DNA of 64,000 nt from an uncultured delta proteobacterium (GCA_963808625.1 CAWEHK010000039.1:1-64000), one strand, 5' to 3'. Shown: positions 1 through 8,575, counted from the first letter of the stretch. Numbers and translations are program-made. The notes: generated by a model from the sequence alone, not told the origin.

Positions 1-205
1 ACATCCAGAGCGCAATATCCAGAATTTTACTCAAGAGCACATCGGGCGCCCTAGGGCACCTCGGGATGGGGATGTTTTCCAGGCGCAACGACCGAGCAGA
101 GACAGAACCTGCACTCGGGACACAGAGTTTGGTTAAGGTACGCCCCTGCGCTCTGTTTTGCCGGGCGAAAAATAGGCTCACACACTCGGGGAAGTTATCA
201 CGATC

Positions 206-1885
206 TTATGTGCCTGTCCACCGCCACCAATCCCATTGGAGACATTCATAAGCACTGCTGGGAACTTCCAAAAGCCGGGTGATTTTCTTATGCATGGCCG
301 TGACTCCCATCACCTCTGTCCTTATGGATACTCCTGCTATTACAATTTCAGTTAAATGGACATTCCGGAAGAAATAGCGGATATTGTCCCAAGTGGGTCT
401 TCGGGAATTCATCCCCTGAGGCAGGATAGGAATCTTTTCTATCTTCTCTTTGGCCATATTCGATCGAATATTGCGCTCCATAAGGGTTATGATCATCAGA
501 GCCACAAAATACAAAAACATGATAGCTTCGATCCGGTGCGTTTTTTTCAGATAGACCGGAGCAATCTCCAAGACGGACTTCTGAGTGTAGATACGCTTCT
601 CAAGGAAAGGTTGCCGTTTATAGACATCTAATACATCTGAAGTTGTCAGGGAGGTATTGGTAATAAGAGGAAATATCCCATCGGTCTTTGAAACAGCTTC
701 TACCGCCTGCTGATTGACTCTCCATTCAAGTCTGTGTCGGAACTCCCATTTGTATTCGTATCTAGTGCGGACTCCCGGTCTTCCAGGAGATAGCTTTAGT
801 TTCACTTGCTTGCGATCCGTCACTATCTTCACATGGATTAAATTTTTAACATCCTGATAAATCTTCTCTGCTGCAGCTTTGATTTCGTTTTTCGTTTTGA
901 GATGGTACCGGTTGAGCTTTCCAGATAGCTCTTCAAGACCACTGAGGACCTTTGCTATCTTCTTCTCCCTCCTTGTTCTGTCATCTTTTTCTTTACCACT
1001 GCTGTGGACCCAAATAATACGGTAACCCTCTTTTGTTCTCTTGTCTTCGTAGGTTCTATACGCAATAAATTAACCTTTCTTGCGAGAGTCCTCCACCTCA
1101 AAGGCTCTCTCCCACGGGATTGGTTCGCTTTTCACACGATCATAAAACTTCTTCACTTCCTTTCGATCTTTGGGAACCAGAGTGATGAAGTATCCGTTGT
1201 TTCTGTCAATATGAACCAAGTTGTCTTTGCTGCACAGTTTACAGTCCGCCACATAGATGAAGTCTTCCCGCTGGAGTAGTGAACGCAGTGCGCTCCAGTT
1301 GGGTTTATGTGTGACATCATCATTGGTGTTGCCATCGAAAAGATTGAAACTCAACGGAACATGACCATCAGCGGTTATGTTCAACCCAAAGACGATTTGC
1401 AAGCAATCCGGACGGTGGTCCTTGTTGTGTCCGAGTTTGGGCTGCACCGCATCCGGATCGTTTTTCTCGTATGCGCCCATGAAGGTGATCGAGGTGCTGT
1501 CGTTGTGAATTTCTTCCGTCATAAGCTCATGGGCCTTGATGGCGTTCAGCGATAGTTCCGTCATCAATGAATGCCGGTCCGCTCCAAAAAGGGCCGAAAG
1601 ATTTCTTGCCAACCGATCGTCATTGAAGACAGCCCCATGGATTGGGCTTTCAACGAAGCCGTCAGAATACCCCGATATCCATTGTTCAACCTTATACAAT
1701 GGTTTGCTGCTACATATGATATTCTCAACCAGCACACAGAGGCCTTGAGCGTGCTCAACCAGACATTTGCTCGATGTGGGGACGTATTTGTTGAACACGT
1801 TGTATAGGTCAATGGATCCCATATAATGTTTGACTATTGGTAGCACATTAACCTGTTTGAAGTGCGCTTGGATCAGTTCAGTCAT
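206..1885 (-). pseudogene. IS1634-family transposase with one in-frame premature stop (TAA at 1070-1072)
   Basis: ORFs 1070-1885 and 206-832 are in the same frame (1680 bp). Reading through the stop gives DSRKKG*FIAYRTYEDKRTKEGYRIIWVHSS. Motifs IHNDSTSITF, GHNKDHRPD, YVADCKL and YKRQPFLEK...K are typical of the family. Confidence 0.85.
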
Positions 1886-2093
1886 GCCTTAAGATTCCAT
1901 CATGCGAGGACATTACTGAACATAGCGACAGGTTCATCCGATGAGGACAATCTGGAAAAGCAGACCAGACTTCGCGTTGCTGAAAATCAATTTTAAGCTT
2001 GAGGACATGGTTTTCGCGGTCGCCTGGGGGCCATCTGCCAACCATGGGCTCGTTGCCGAAACCATAAACGCATTGGCCCTCTTTCTTAAGCAT
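1878..2093 (-). CDS. Small hypothetical protein (71 aa) inside the IS1634-like element
   Basis: Start overlaps the DUF4338 stop (ATGCTTAA) and stop overlaps the transposase start (ATGACTGA), suggesting translational coupling. No recognisable domain. Confidence 0.45.
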   Translation of the reverse strand: MLKKEGQCVYGFGNEPMVGRWPPGDRENHVLKLKIDFQQREVWSAFPDCPHRMNLSLCSVMSSHDGILRHD

Positions 2094-3024
2094 GACACAA
2101 CTTCAGACCGAAGGTGCGACAGAGAGCATAGCCCCAGACGGTCTTAAGGGATCGATTGGGCCTGTGGGTGTGGTCGTTTTTGCCCCTCCCGGTGGTCGTG
2201 CCCAGACAGACCCAATTGGCAGCCCGATAGCAAGTCCCCTTGAAGTGCTCGGTATCGACAAAGGTCTCAAGCCAATAGACAGGATGGCTGTAGAGAGCCT
2301 GCCAGTCGCGGGAAATGATCCTGGAGCATTGTGCCAGCAGGTAAGAGGCCAGATGTCGGACCCTCACCCAGGGGAGAATAAGAAAACGGCTGTTGTAGGC
2401 GAGAAGATGCAAGTTCCTTAAACGTTGCTCAACACTCCATCCGATAAAGCGGTCCCTGCATCCGATATGTCTGGGAGCCGAAGACCATGTGAGGCAGGCA
2501 ATGGGGCGCTCATGGGCAAAAACGACGTACTTGAGATGCTCTCCCACCGGCTGCACGTAGCCCAGGTAATGAAACTGGGCAAGCAGTCCGTCATGCAGTC
2601 TTTCCAGTTCGGTGCGCCTCACCTGGCGAAAGACGAGAGGCCCAAGGACCCTCAAGTCGGTTTGGAGTAATGTCTGATCGACTTCGACAGGCGCCGGCTG
2701 CTTGCGATATGAATCGAGTCTCCTGGGAACTCCCTGTCTTGGGGGCAGCGCGATATAGCCTTCAGACTCCAGCCGTACAAGGAGTCCCCGACAAATCATA
2801 TCCTTGAGATATCCGTTGGGTTGCACCCAAGCCCAGGCTCTGCATATCCGGCGGGAAAGGGCAGTCCTGTTGTCATCCGGATTGGCTTCGATCAGTCCGC
2901 GGATGAAAGAGATATCTTCCCGGGTAATTGAATAGTATAGGAATTTGCATTTTTCCTCAATGAAATCAATTGAGTCATGATAGAAAGGTAGGTGGACCGA
3001 GAGTAGGGGGAGAGGGTAGAAGCG

Positions 3025-4314
3025 ATTGATCGGAACATCTTCCGTCAGATATTCGAGGAACATTGGATCGAGTTCAAAGAGCGCCATCCGCCGTATGCTG
3101 GAGGGTATTACGAAGAGGTGGTGCAAAAGATGTTGGGTTGTGGAAAGGAAGCGGGAGGATACAGCGAATACCTGTGCACCTGTTGCGGGAAGGATATGCG
3201 GCGGATTGCCTTTACCTGTAAGAGTTGCTTTTGTTTGTCGTGTTGCAAAGGATACACGGATGATTTTGTGGCGCAGGTCAGCCGTGTATTGCAGCCTGGA
3301 GTGAGATACCGTCATATGATCCTGACGGTTCCTGAGCAACAACGGATTATCTTCTATCGAGATCGGCATGAGGGGAAGCTCTTGTCGGCACTGATGCGTT
3401 GTGGGTATGAGTGCCTTGAAGATGTGGTGAGCTGCGCGGTGAGGCAGCAGGTGAAGATTGGAGCGATCGGTGTGGTGCAAACTCATGGTCGGTCTGGGCA
3501 CTATAATCCGCATCTTCACATTATCATGAGCAGTGGAGGGGGCAACGAAGAGACGGGTAAGTGGGTGGAGTTGGGGTATTTTCCGTATGAGATCATCCAC
3601 AAGAAGTGGCAATATCATCTCTTTAAGATGCTTAAGGAGATGGTTCCAACGACGGAGATGAGGTCCTTGATTGATGCTCTCTGGAAGAAGTACCCGAGAG
3701 GACTTGTTGCCCATGTGACCAAAGGAAAAGTTCCAGAGCAATGCCGAGGCTTGGCCAAATACCTGGCCAAATATGTTGCCTCTCCTCCGATAGCCGTAAG
3801 ACGGATCATGGGCTACACCGGTCAGGAAGTGACGTACTGGTACAAGGATCACCAGACAAAGAAAAAAGAAGTGGTCACGGTCAACGTGATGACCTTCATT
3901 GGACGGATGGTTCAACATATTTTTCCGAAAGGATTTCAGCGGCTCCGCTACTATGGTCTGCAAGCAACGAAGACCTTCAAGAAATGGGTGGAGGTGATTA
4001 GGGAAGGATTACGTAGGGTAGGGCGAGTTATCAAGGGTACTTATGAGGTGGTTGCATCCAAGAAGTATCGTGAAAGGTTCCAGGAGATGAGCGGTCGAGA
4101 TCCGCTGATTTGCAGATTCTGTGGTCGGGAGATGGATCTCTGGAAGATATGGCACCCCAAGTACGGGACGATCTACGATGAGTGGGAAAACCTCAAAGCG
4201 GGCAAATACGAAAGAATCGCTAAGAACAGAGATGGAACTTCAGGATGGGGAGGATATTCCCTTTGGCCCCCCTCCGGAGGAGTACAATTATCGCTGTTCC
4301 CTGTGCGGGTGTGA
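3025..4314 (+). CDS. IS91-family (HUH, Y2) transposase; start uncertain (frame open from 3007, first GTG at 3118)
   Basis: N-terminal Cys-rich zinc-binding region (CGK...CTCCG...CKSCFCLSC), RHMILTVP, HUH motif YNPHLHII, YLAKY and GFQRLRYYGL. Confidence 0.9.
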   Translation: MDRNIFRQIFEEHWIEFKERHPPYAGGYYEEVVQKMLGCGKEAGGYSEYLCTCCGKDMRRIAFTCKSCFCLSCCKGYTDDFVAQVSRVLQPGVRYRHMILTVPEQQRIIFYRDRHEGKLLSALMRCGYECLEDVVSCAVRQQVKIGAIGVVQTHGRSGHYNPHLHIIMSSGGGNEETGKWVELGYFPYEIIHKKWQYHLFKMLKEMVPTTEMRSLIDALWKKYPRGLVAHVTKGKVPEQCRGLAKYLAKYVASPPIAVRRIMGYTGQEVTYWYKDHQTKKKEVVTVNVMTFIGRMVQHIFPKGFQRLRYYGLQATKTFKKWVEVIREGLRRVGRVIKGTYEVVASKKYRERFQEMSGRDPLICRFCGREMDLWKIWHPKYGTIYDEWENLKAGKYERIAKNRDGTSGWGGYSLWPPSGGVQLSLFPVRV

Positions 4315-4465
4315 AGTGTGGGTCAACGAGGCGATCATCGATTTCGAGCTTGGCTTTGCCGAGTTTGAGGGAAGAGAAGTAGTTATGCCTGTTATTGGGT
4401 GTCCTGGCTGTAACCGGGAGACTATGCAATACACCGGGATCAAAAGTCCGCCCGAAGGGCGCTAA
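4232..4465 (+). CDS. Small putative zinc-ribbon protein (77 aa) overlapping the IS91 transposase 3' end
   Basis: CSLC...CPGC pair; stop lies 5 bp inside the element end. Confidence 0.5.
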   Translation: MELQDGEDIPFGPPPEEYNYRCSLCGCEVWVNEAIIDFELGFAEFEGREVVMPVIGCPGCNRETMQYTGIKSPPEGR

Positions 4466-4764
4466 GTCCACGGCTTCTGTACCTTAAAATCGTTTCCATC
4501 ACCCATTGGATACACTACCCAGATGCTGAACGCAAGCAAAAAGTTAGACCATATCCATCTGCAGCGGTGGATAATTGCGCAACCTATTCAAAGTTTGCAC
4601 TGTCTTCAGGTTCCCTTGACTGAAAGACACCCCTACCCTCTGCCAACCCCCCATCTCAACTAAATTAAAAAATTGCAGCCGGGATGTGCGAAATGTAAGC
4701 GCTAAGCTATGAAAAAAGCCTTCCATGGCGCGTTTATGATGTAATTGCCATATGATAGCTTGGT

Positions 4765-4842
4765 CCGACCCCGTTCGGCGTTCGGGGCCCGTTCGCGTTC
4801 GGCGTTCGGTTCGGCGACCCCGTTCGGCGTTCGGCGTTCGGC
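4765..4842. repeat. Degenerate tandem array of GTTCGGC heptamers with two GACCCCGTTCGGCGTTCGG copies
   Basis: Directly visible in the sequence. Confidence 0.85.
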
Positions 4843-4926
4843 AAAGTCTCAGCAGATGGGCAACAGCTCAGCGGCGAGTACAAGAACGAAGACGGCTACA
4901 CAAAGGCCCTCGTCTTTCGCCGTTGA
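4843..4926 (+). pseudogene. 3' remnant of a cassette ORF (KVSADGQQLSGEYKNEDGYTKALVFRR*)
   Basis: Protein-like frame ending 47 bp before attC1; no start codon; 5' side abuts the heptamer array. Confidence 0.35.
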
Positions 4927-4973
4927 GCGTCCGTAGCGGACGTGGATGCGGATATACGATAGATAGGAGGAGA

Positions 4974-5052
4974 GCCTAACATCCGCTTCAACACGGACGC
5001 CCTGCAAGCGCCTGGCCCGCTTGCAGGGCGCCGGTTAAGAGGGTCGTTGGCG
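4974..5052 (+). other. Integron attC site 1
   Basis: R'' GCCTAAC, L''-like TTCAAC, perfect 13-bp inner stem CGCCCTGCAAGCG/CGCTTGCAGGGCG, L'-like GTTAA, R' GTTGGCG. Confidence 0.8.
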
Positions 5053-5122
5053 CCGCCTTCGGCCCCGCAAGCGTCGTGCCACGGGTCATCGCCGCACTAG
5101 ATGTGATCGGAGCACGTGACTG

Positions 5123-5902
5123 ATGCAGATCAAAAGTTTGGCAGGTTTCGTTAAGGTTACTGGGCAGCTTGTTGACGAATGGACGCCGAAGGGAGCTGAC
5201 TGGTACTTACAATCATGGTTCCGCGGCCACGATAATGCCTCCTGGTCATTGAAGCCAGGCTGGTACCGACCTGACGTCGTGGGAGGCGGTATTGGCGATG
5301 AATTCTACAATGAGGCAACACTTCTGGAGATCTTCAAGGTTCGAGCGCCGACCTATCTCGAACGTATACCAGAAACGGATTGGGAGTGGTTCTTCCTGAT
5401 GCAGCACAACGGGCTGCCGACGCGGCTATTAGACTGGACAGAAAGCTCCTTGATAGCCCTCTACTTCGCCATTAGGGACAATGCAGGCGACGTCGACGCC
5501 GCAATATGGGCAATTAATCCCTGGTGGCTAAATCTTCAGACCTTTGGTGAGTATGTGCTCTTTCCAGCGGACGACCCGCGAGCCAAGGAACACGCCCCAC
5601 TGCGCCGCGAACAAGCACTGAAAGGGGAGTTGCCTCTCGCCATTACGCCGAGTCACTCTAATCAGCGAATAGCCGCGCAACGTGGCGTTTTCACCATTCA
5701 CGGCAACGAGCCGGATGCCTTGGATCGACTGGCGAGCCGAAGTGGAAAAGAAAGTCCCTGCCTGAGGAGGATAGTGGTCACGAGCACCCATATCCCTGCA
5801 GTCCGAACAGAGCTGGCAATATCAGGAATCAGCGAATCGTCGATTTTTCCCGAATTGAGCGGGCTATGCCGCGAGATCAAGACGCGTTTTTTCGGCGACT
5901 GA
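5123..5902 (+). CDS. FRG-domain protein (gene cassette)
   Basis: WFRGH, MQHNGLPTRLLDWT, ALYFA, RIAAQRGVFTIHG and GISESSIFPEL motifs; flanked by attC sites. Confidence 0.9.
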   Translation: MQIKSLAGFVKVTGQLVDEWTPKGADWYLQSWFRGHDNASWSLKPGWYRPDVVGGGIGDEFYNEATLLEIFKVRAPTYLERIPETDWEWFFLMQHNGLPTRLLDWTESSLIALYFAIRDNAGDVDAAIWAINPWWLNLQTFGEYVLFPADDPRAKEHAPLRREQALKGELPLAITPSHSNQRIAAQRGVFTIHGNEPDALDRLASRSGKESPCLRRIVVTSTHIPAVRTELAISGISESSIFPELSGLCREIKTRFFGD

Positions 5903-5907
5903 TGGCC

Positions 5908-5973
5908 ACCTAACATTTGGGTGAACAAGGATGCGCCAAGAGGACCTGCGCACCTCTTACCCCGGCCGTTCGC
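5908..5973 (+). other. Integron attC site 2
   Basis: R'' ACCTAAC 5 bp after the FRG stop, GTGAAC / TTAC inner boxes, R' GTTCGCT; 66 bp. Confidence 0.7.
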
Positions 5974-5993
5974 TTTCAATAAAGGGCGACCGT

Positions 5994-6022
5994 TTGACGT
6001 CATGTAGCTATGGTGCTATAGT
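5994..6022 (+). promoter_or_regulatory. Sigma70-type promoter of the TA cassette with a probable autorepression operator
   Basis: TTGACG-17 bp-TATAGT; inverted repeat TAGC-N6-GCTA overlaps the -10; GGAGG RBS follows. Confidence 0.75.
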
Positions 6023-6048
6023 AACTTAGCCATTAGGGAGGTGACATC

Positions 6049-6282
6049 ATGGGAACAGCAACACGACGAGCAACGGTTTATTTGGACCCCGACCTACATA
6101 AGGCATTGAGGCTAAAAGCTGTCGAAACATCTCGGTCGGTCTCAGACCTCGTCAATGATGCCGTAAGAGAAGCCCTCGCCGAGGACGCGGAGGACATCAC
6201 TGCATTTGAAGAGAGAGCTGGGGAGCCGTTGATCAGCTATGACGAAATGATCAAGAGGCTGAAGAAGGATGGCCGAATATAA
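6049..6282 (+). CDS. Ribbon-helix-helix (CopG-like) antitoxin
   Basis: RATVYLDPDLHKALRLKA...SVSDLVNDAVREAL RHH pattern; acidic C-terminus; overlaps the toxin gene. Confidence 0.85.
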   Translation: MGTATRRATVYLDPDLHKALRLKAVETSRSVSDLVNDAVREALAEDAEDITAFEERAGEPLISYDEMIKRLKKDGRI

Positions 6283-6526
6283 GGTCTATTTCAAAGAATC
6301 TGTTGAGAAAGATTTCAGCGCCATACCAAAGAAAGACCTCCAGAAGATTCTCCGTCGCATGGAGACACTCGCCAACGATCCGAGACCACCGGGGCACGAA
6401 AAACTCACAGGGCAAGAAAGATACCGTGTGCGTCAGGGTCACTACAGAATCGTCTGCTCTATTCAGGACAAAGAGCTTACGGTATCGGTCGTAAAAGTTG
6501 GCCATAGAAAGGAAGTGTATCGGTGA
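6269..6526 (+). CDS. RelE/ParE-family type II toxin
   Basis: DPRPPGHEKLTG, YRVRQGHYRIV and VKVGHRKEVYR motifs. Confidence 0.9.
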   Translation: MAEYKVYFKESVEKDFSAIPKKDLQKILRRMETLANDPRPPGHEKLTGQERYRVRQGHYRIVCSIQDKELTVSVVKVGHRKEVYR

Positions 6527-6594
6527 AGCGAACAAGGCGCGGAACCGGATCGGCGGGAAAGGACGCCCGCCTCCCGGTTAGCTTTCCGTTATCC
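6527..6594 (+). other. Integron attC site 3
   Basis: R'' AGCGAAC immediately after the toxin stop is the exact complement of the cassette-opening GTTCGCT; inner GGCGGG/CCCGCC stem; R' GTTATCC. Confidence 0.8.
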
Positions 6595-6629
6595 GCCGAG
6601 AAAGTTGCTTCCGAGACAACAGGTGACGA

Positions 6630-7700
6630 ATGGCAAGCCGACACATTGATCTGGCTCGACTGGGCTGGAATGAGTGGTTCGAAGAAAGGGCAGAATGCGG
6701 GCCTGCGGATACTATTGCTCGGGTTGCTGCGGTCGATCGTGACTTGTTATTGGTCATGGATCAAACCGGAACCTTTCGGGCAAAGTTGGCAGGCAGTTAT
6801 CTATACCGACACCACCTGTCGCAGGAACTCCCGTGTGTAGGGGACTGGGTGTGTGTAGAAAAACACCCGACTGACGATTTTGGGTTGGTCCACATGCTTC
6901 TGGAGCGAAGGACTGCTCTGCGCAGAAAGTCAGCGGGAGACTCCGTCGAATATCAGATGATCGCGGCTAACGTGGATTACGTGATTATCGTTCAGTCATG
7001 CCACTATGACTTCAACCTCAAGCGACTGGAGCGTTATCTCGTCATGGTGAGGGATGGTGGGGCAGATCCTTGTGTCCTGCTTACTAAGACGGACTTGGTT
7101 GAGCCGGAAGTTCTAGCGTCCCAGTTGGCGGAGATCCGCGCTGCGGGTGTTACGGCGCCGGTGCTGACCTTGAGCAACGTCACGCGAGAGGGCATTGACG
7201 ACCTTAAACGGACGCTGCTGCCCTCAAAGACGTATTGCTTTGTCGGATCATCGGGGGTGGGGAAGAGCACAATCATCAACCAACTGATCGGCCGAGAAAG
7301 GCTCCAGACAAAGGGCGTCAGCGGTACGGGCGAGGGAAGGCATACGACCGTCCGCCGGGAATTGATCCTCCTCGAGGGTGGCGCCTTGGTCATCGATAAC
7401 CCGGGTATGCGTGAGTTCGGAATCCTGGGGGCCGAAAGCGGGATAGGCGGTAGCTTTTCCGACATCATCGGGTTCGCCTCTGGTTGCCGCTACAGGAATT
7501 GCAGTCATACAGGCGAGCCTGGCTGCGCTGTACTTGAGGCGGTAAATTCAGGCGCTCTCAGTCAGGAGCACTATGACAATTACATCAAGCTCAGGGAAGA
7601 GTCTGAGTTCTACCAAATGTCATATGTCGAGAAGAGAAAGAAGGATCGTGACTTTGGAAGATACATTAAGTCCGCCAAGAAGGATCTCGAAAATTTGTAG
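6630..7700 (+). CDS. rsgA: Ribosome small subunit-dependent GTPase A (RsgA family)
   Basis: Circularly permuted GTPase order TKTD, GSSGVGKST, GRHTT, DNPG; Zn motif CRYRNCSHTGEPGC. Confidence 0.9.
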   Translation: MASRHIDLARLGWNEWFEERAECGPADTIARVAAVDRDLLLVMDQTGTFRAKLAGSYLYRHHLSQELPCVGDWVCVEKHPTDDFGLVHMLLERRTALRRKSAGDSVEYQMIAANVDYVIIVQSCHYDFNLKRLERYLVMVRDGGADPCVLLTKTDLVEPEVLASQLAEIRAAGVTAPVLTLSNVTREGIDDLKRTLLPSKTYCFVGSSGVGKSTIINQLIGRERLQTKGVSGTGEGRHTTVRRELILLEGGALVIDNPGMREFGILGAESGIGGSFSDIIGFASGCRYRNCSHTGEPGCAVLEAVNSGALSQEHYDNYIKLREESEFYQMSYVEKRKKDRDFGRYIKSAKKDLENL

Positions 7701-7848
7701 TCAAGATAAATTCATTTTGATATTGACAATATCAAGACTTCCTGGCATTGAAAGGAAAAGATTCAATGAATTGTTGGACATCACATTCTTTCATTTAAAG
7801 ATGACCTGTGGGCAGTCAAATCAGTCATGTTCGATAAGGAGATAACTC

Positions 7849-8283
7849 ATGAGCAAGACAGTAATGCTGGTAGTCGTAGGCGAACCGAACCTATCGAATC
7901 CGAATGCACTAATTCAAATGACAAGTGATGGTGGGCTGAAGATATTTTCCGGTGGCATGCCTGAGTTCATTCCCGAAGGACGTTCGCTTCTGATAAAGGA
8001 TATCGAATGGACGTACGAGATTTCCGATGACAAACTGGCTACGTACGGAGGGAAGTCTTTCGTGCTAAGATTGACCCTCCGGGACGACGAACACGAGATT
8101 TTTCAGACGGCATCCATCTTGCCAAGCTGCGGGCGGATTGCGGGAGAACACTACTTTGCGCAGGGGATTGAAGTGTCGAAGGGGCCGCAACTCCGATTGA
8201 AGATGTGGTTTGGCGGGGGAGACTCCGGCCTTGATAAGGGGTATTTGCGCATCCTTATGCGAGGAACTCTAATTAAGGCATAG
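7849..8283 (+). CDS. Hypothetical protein (144 aa)
   Basis: AAGGAG RBS and protein-like composition; no recognised motif. Confidence 0.6.
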   Translation: MSKTVMLVVVGEPNLSNPNALIQMTSDGGLKIFSGGMPEFIPEGRSLLIKDIEWTYEISDDKLATYGGKSFVLRLTLRDDEHEIFQTASILPSCGRIAGEHYFAQGIEVSKGPQLRLKMWFGGGDSGLDKGYLRILMRGTLIKA

Positions 8284-8389
8284 CCGCTCTGGTGCATTCG
8301 CAGTGACGACCAACGTATTAAGAATTCGTGTGGCGCGGGTAAGACCGAGGAATGCCATGAGGGCACAGACTGTGCCGCCACACAATATT

Positions 8390-8575
8390 GGAGTCTTCTA
8401 TCTGTTGCGCTTGGACTCAGAGCACGACCCGAACCGCTTTAAGGTTGGGGTTGCCAACAATCTAAACGAACGCTTGCGACAGCCTCGGTGTTCTGCTTCC
8501 TACACACAAGTGGTGAAGACATGGCCGTGTCGGAGGCTGTGGGAGAAAACCGCATTAGAGTGTGTCTCAGAAGCT
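8390..8575 (+). pseudogene. GIY-YIG-like nuclease fragment
   Basis: GVFYLLRL...RFKVGVANNLNERLRQ pattern; lacks a convincing start and C-terminus. Confidence 0.45.

Larger units (their letters stand above)
2933..4470 (+). mobile_element. IS91-family rolling-circle insertion sequence (~1538 bp)
   Basis: Boundaries are defined by rejoining the split DUF4338 gene (1-bp ambiguity, no target duplication). AAATTCCTATAC on the minus strand at 2935-2946; hairpin CGCCC-GAA-GGGCG at 4449-4461. Confidence 0.8.
2086..4499 (-). pseudogene. DUF4338 (Druantia DruA-like) protein, 291 aa when rejoined, interrupted after codon 10 by an IS91-family element
   Basis: Body 2086-2932 has FHYLGY, GEHLKY, RDRFIGW, NSRFLILPW, LETFVD, GTCYRAANW and TTGRG motifs. 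The missing N-terminus METILRYRSR is at 4499-4470. Joining gives METILRYRSRSITREDISFIRGL in frame. Confidence 0.85.
1..4699 (-). mobile_element. IS1634-family (IS4-like DDE) element carrying a DUF4338 gene; left end probably ~12 bp before the window start
   Basis: Right terminus GGATGTGCGAAATGTAAG at 4682-4699. The reverse complement of 4672-4687 (acatcccggctgcaat) matches window bases 1-16 (acatccagagcgcaat) at 12/16. It encloses three overlapping minus-strand ORFs ending in the transposase. Confidence 0.65.

Noticed and set aside
2086..2932. Complete Druantia defence system
   Set aside because: Only the DruA-like gene is present, it is interrupted, and no DruE-type helicase is seen.
2086..3963. 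625-aa ORF as one protein
   Set aside because: Its N-terminal ~340 aa are the antisense of the IS91 transposase; only 2086-2932 belongs to the DUF4338 gene.
8308..8395. Fourth attC site after the 144-aa ORF
   Set aside because: GACCAAC and a TGTGGCG/CGCCACA inverted repeat are present, but there is no GTT core or L boxes at the proper spacing.
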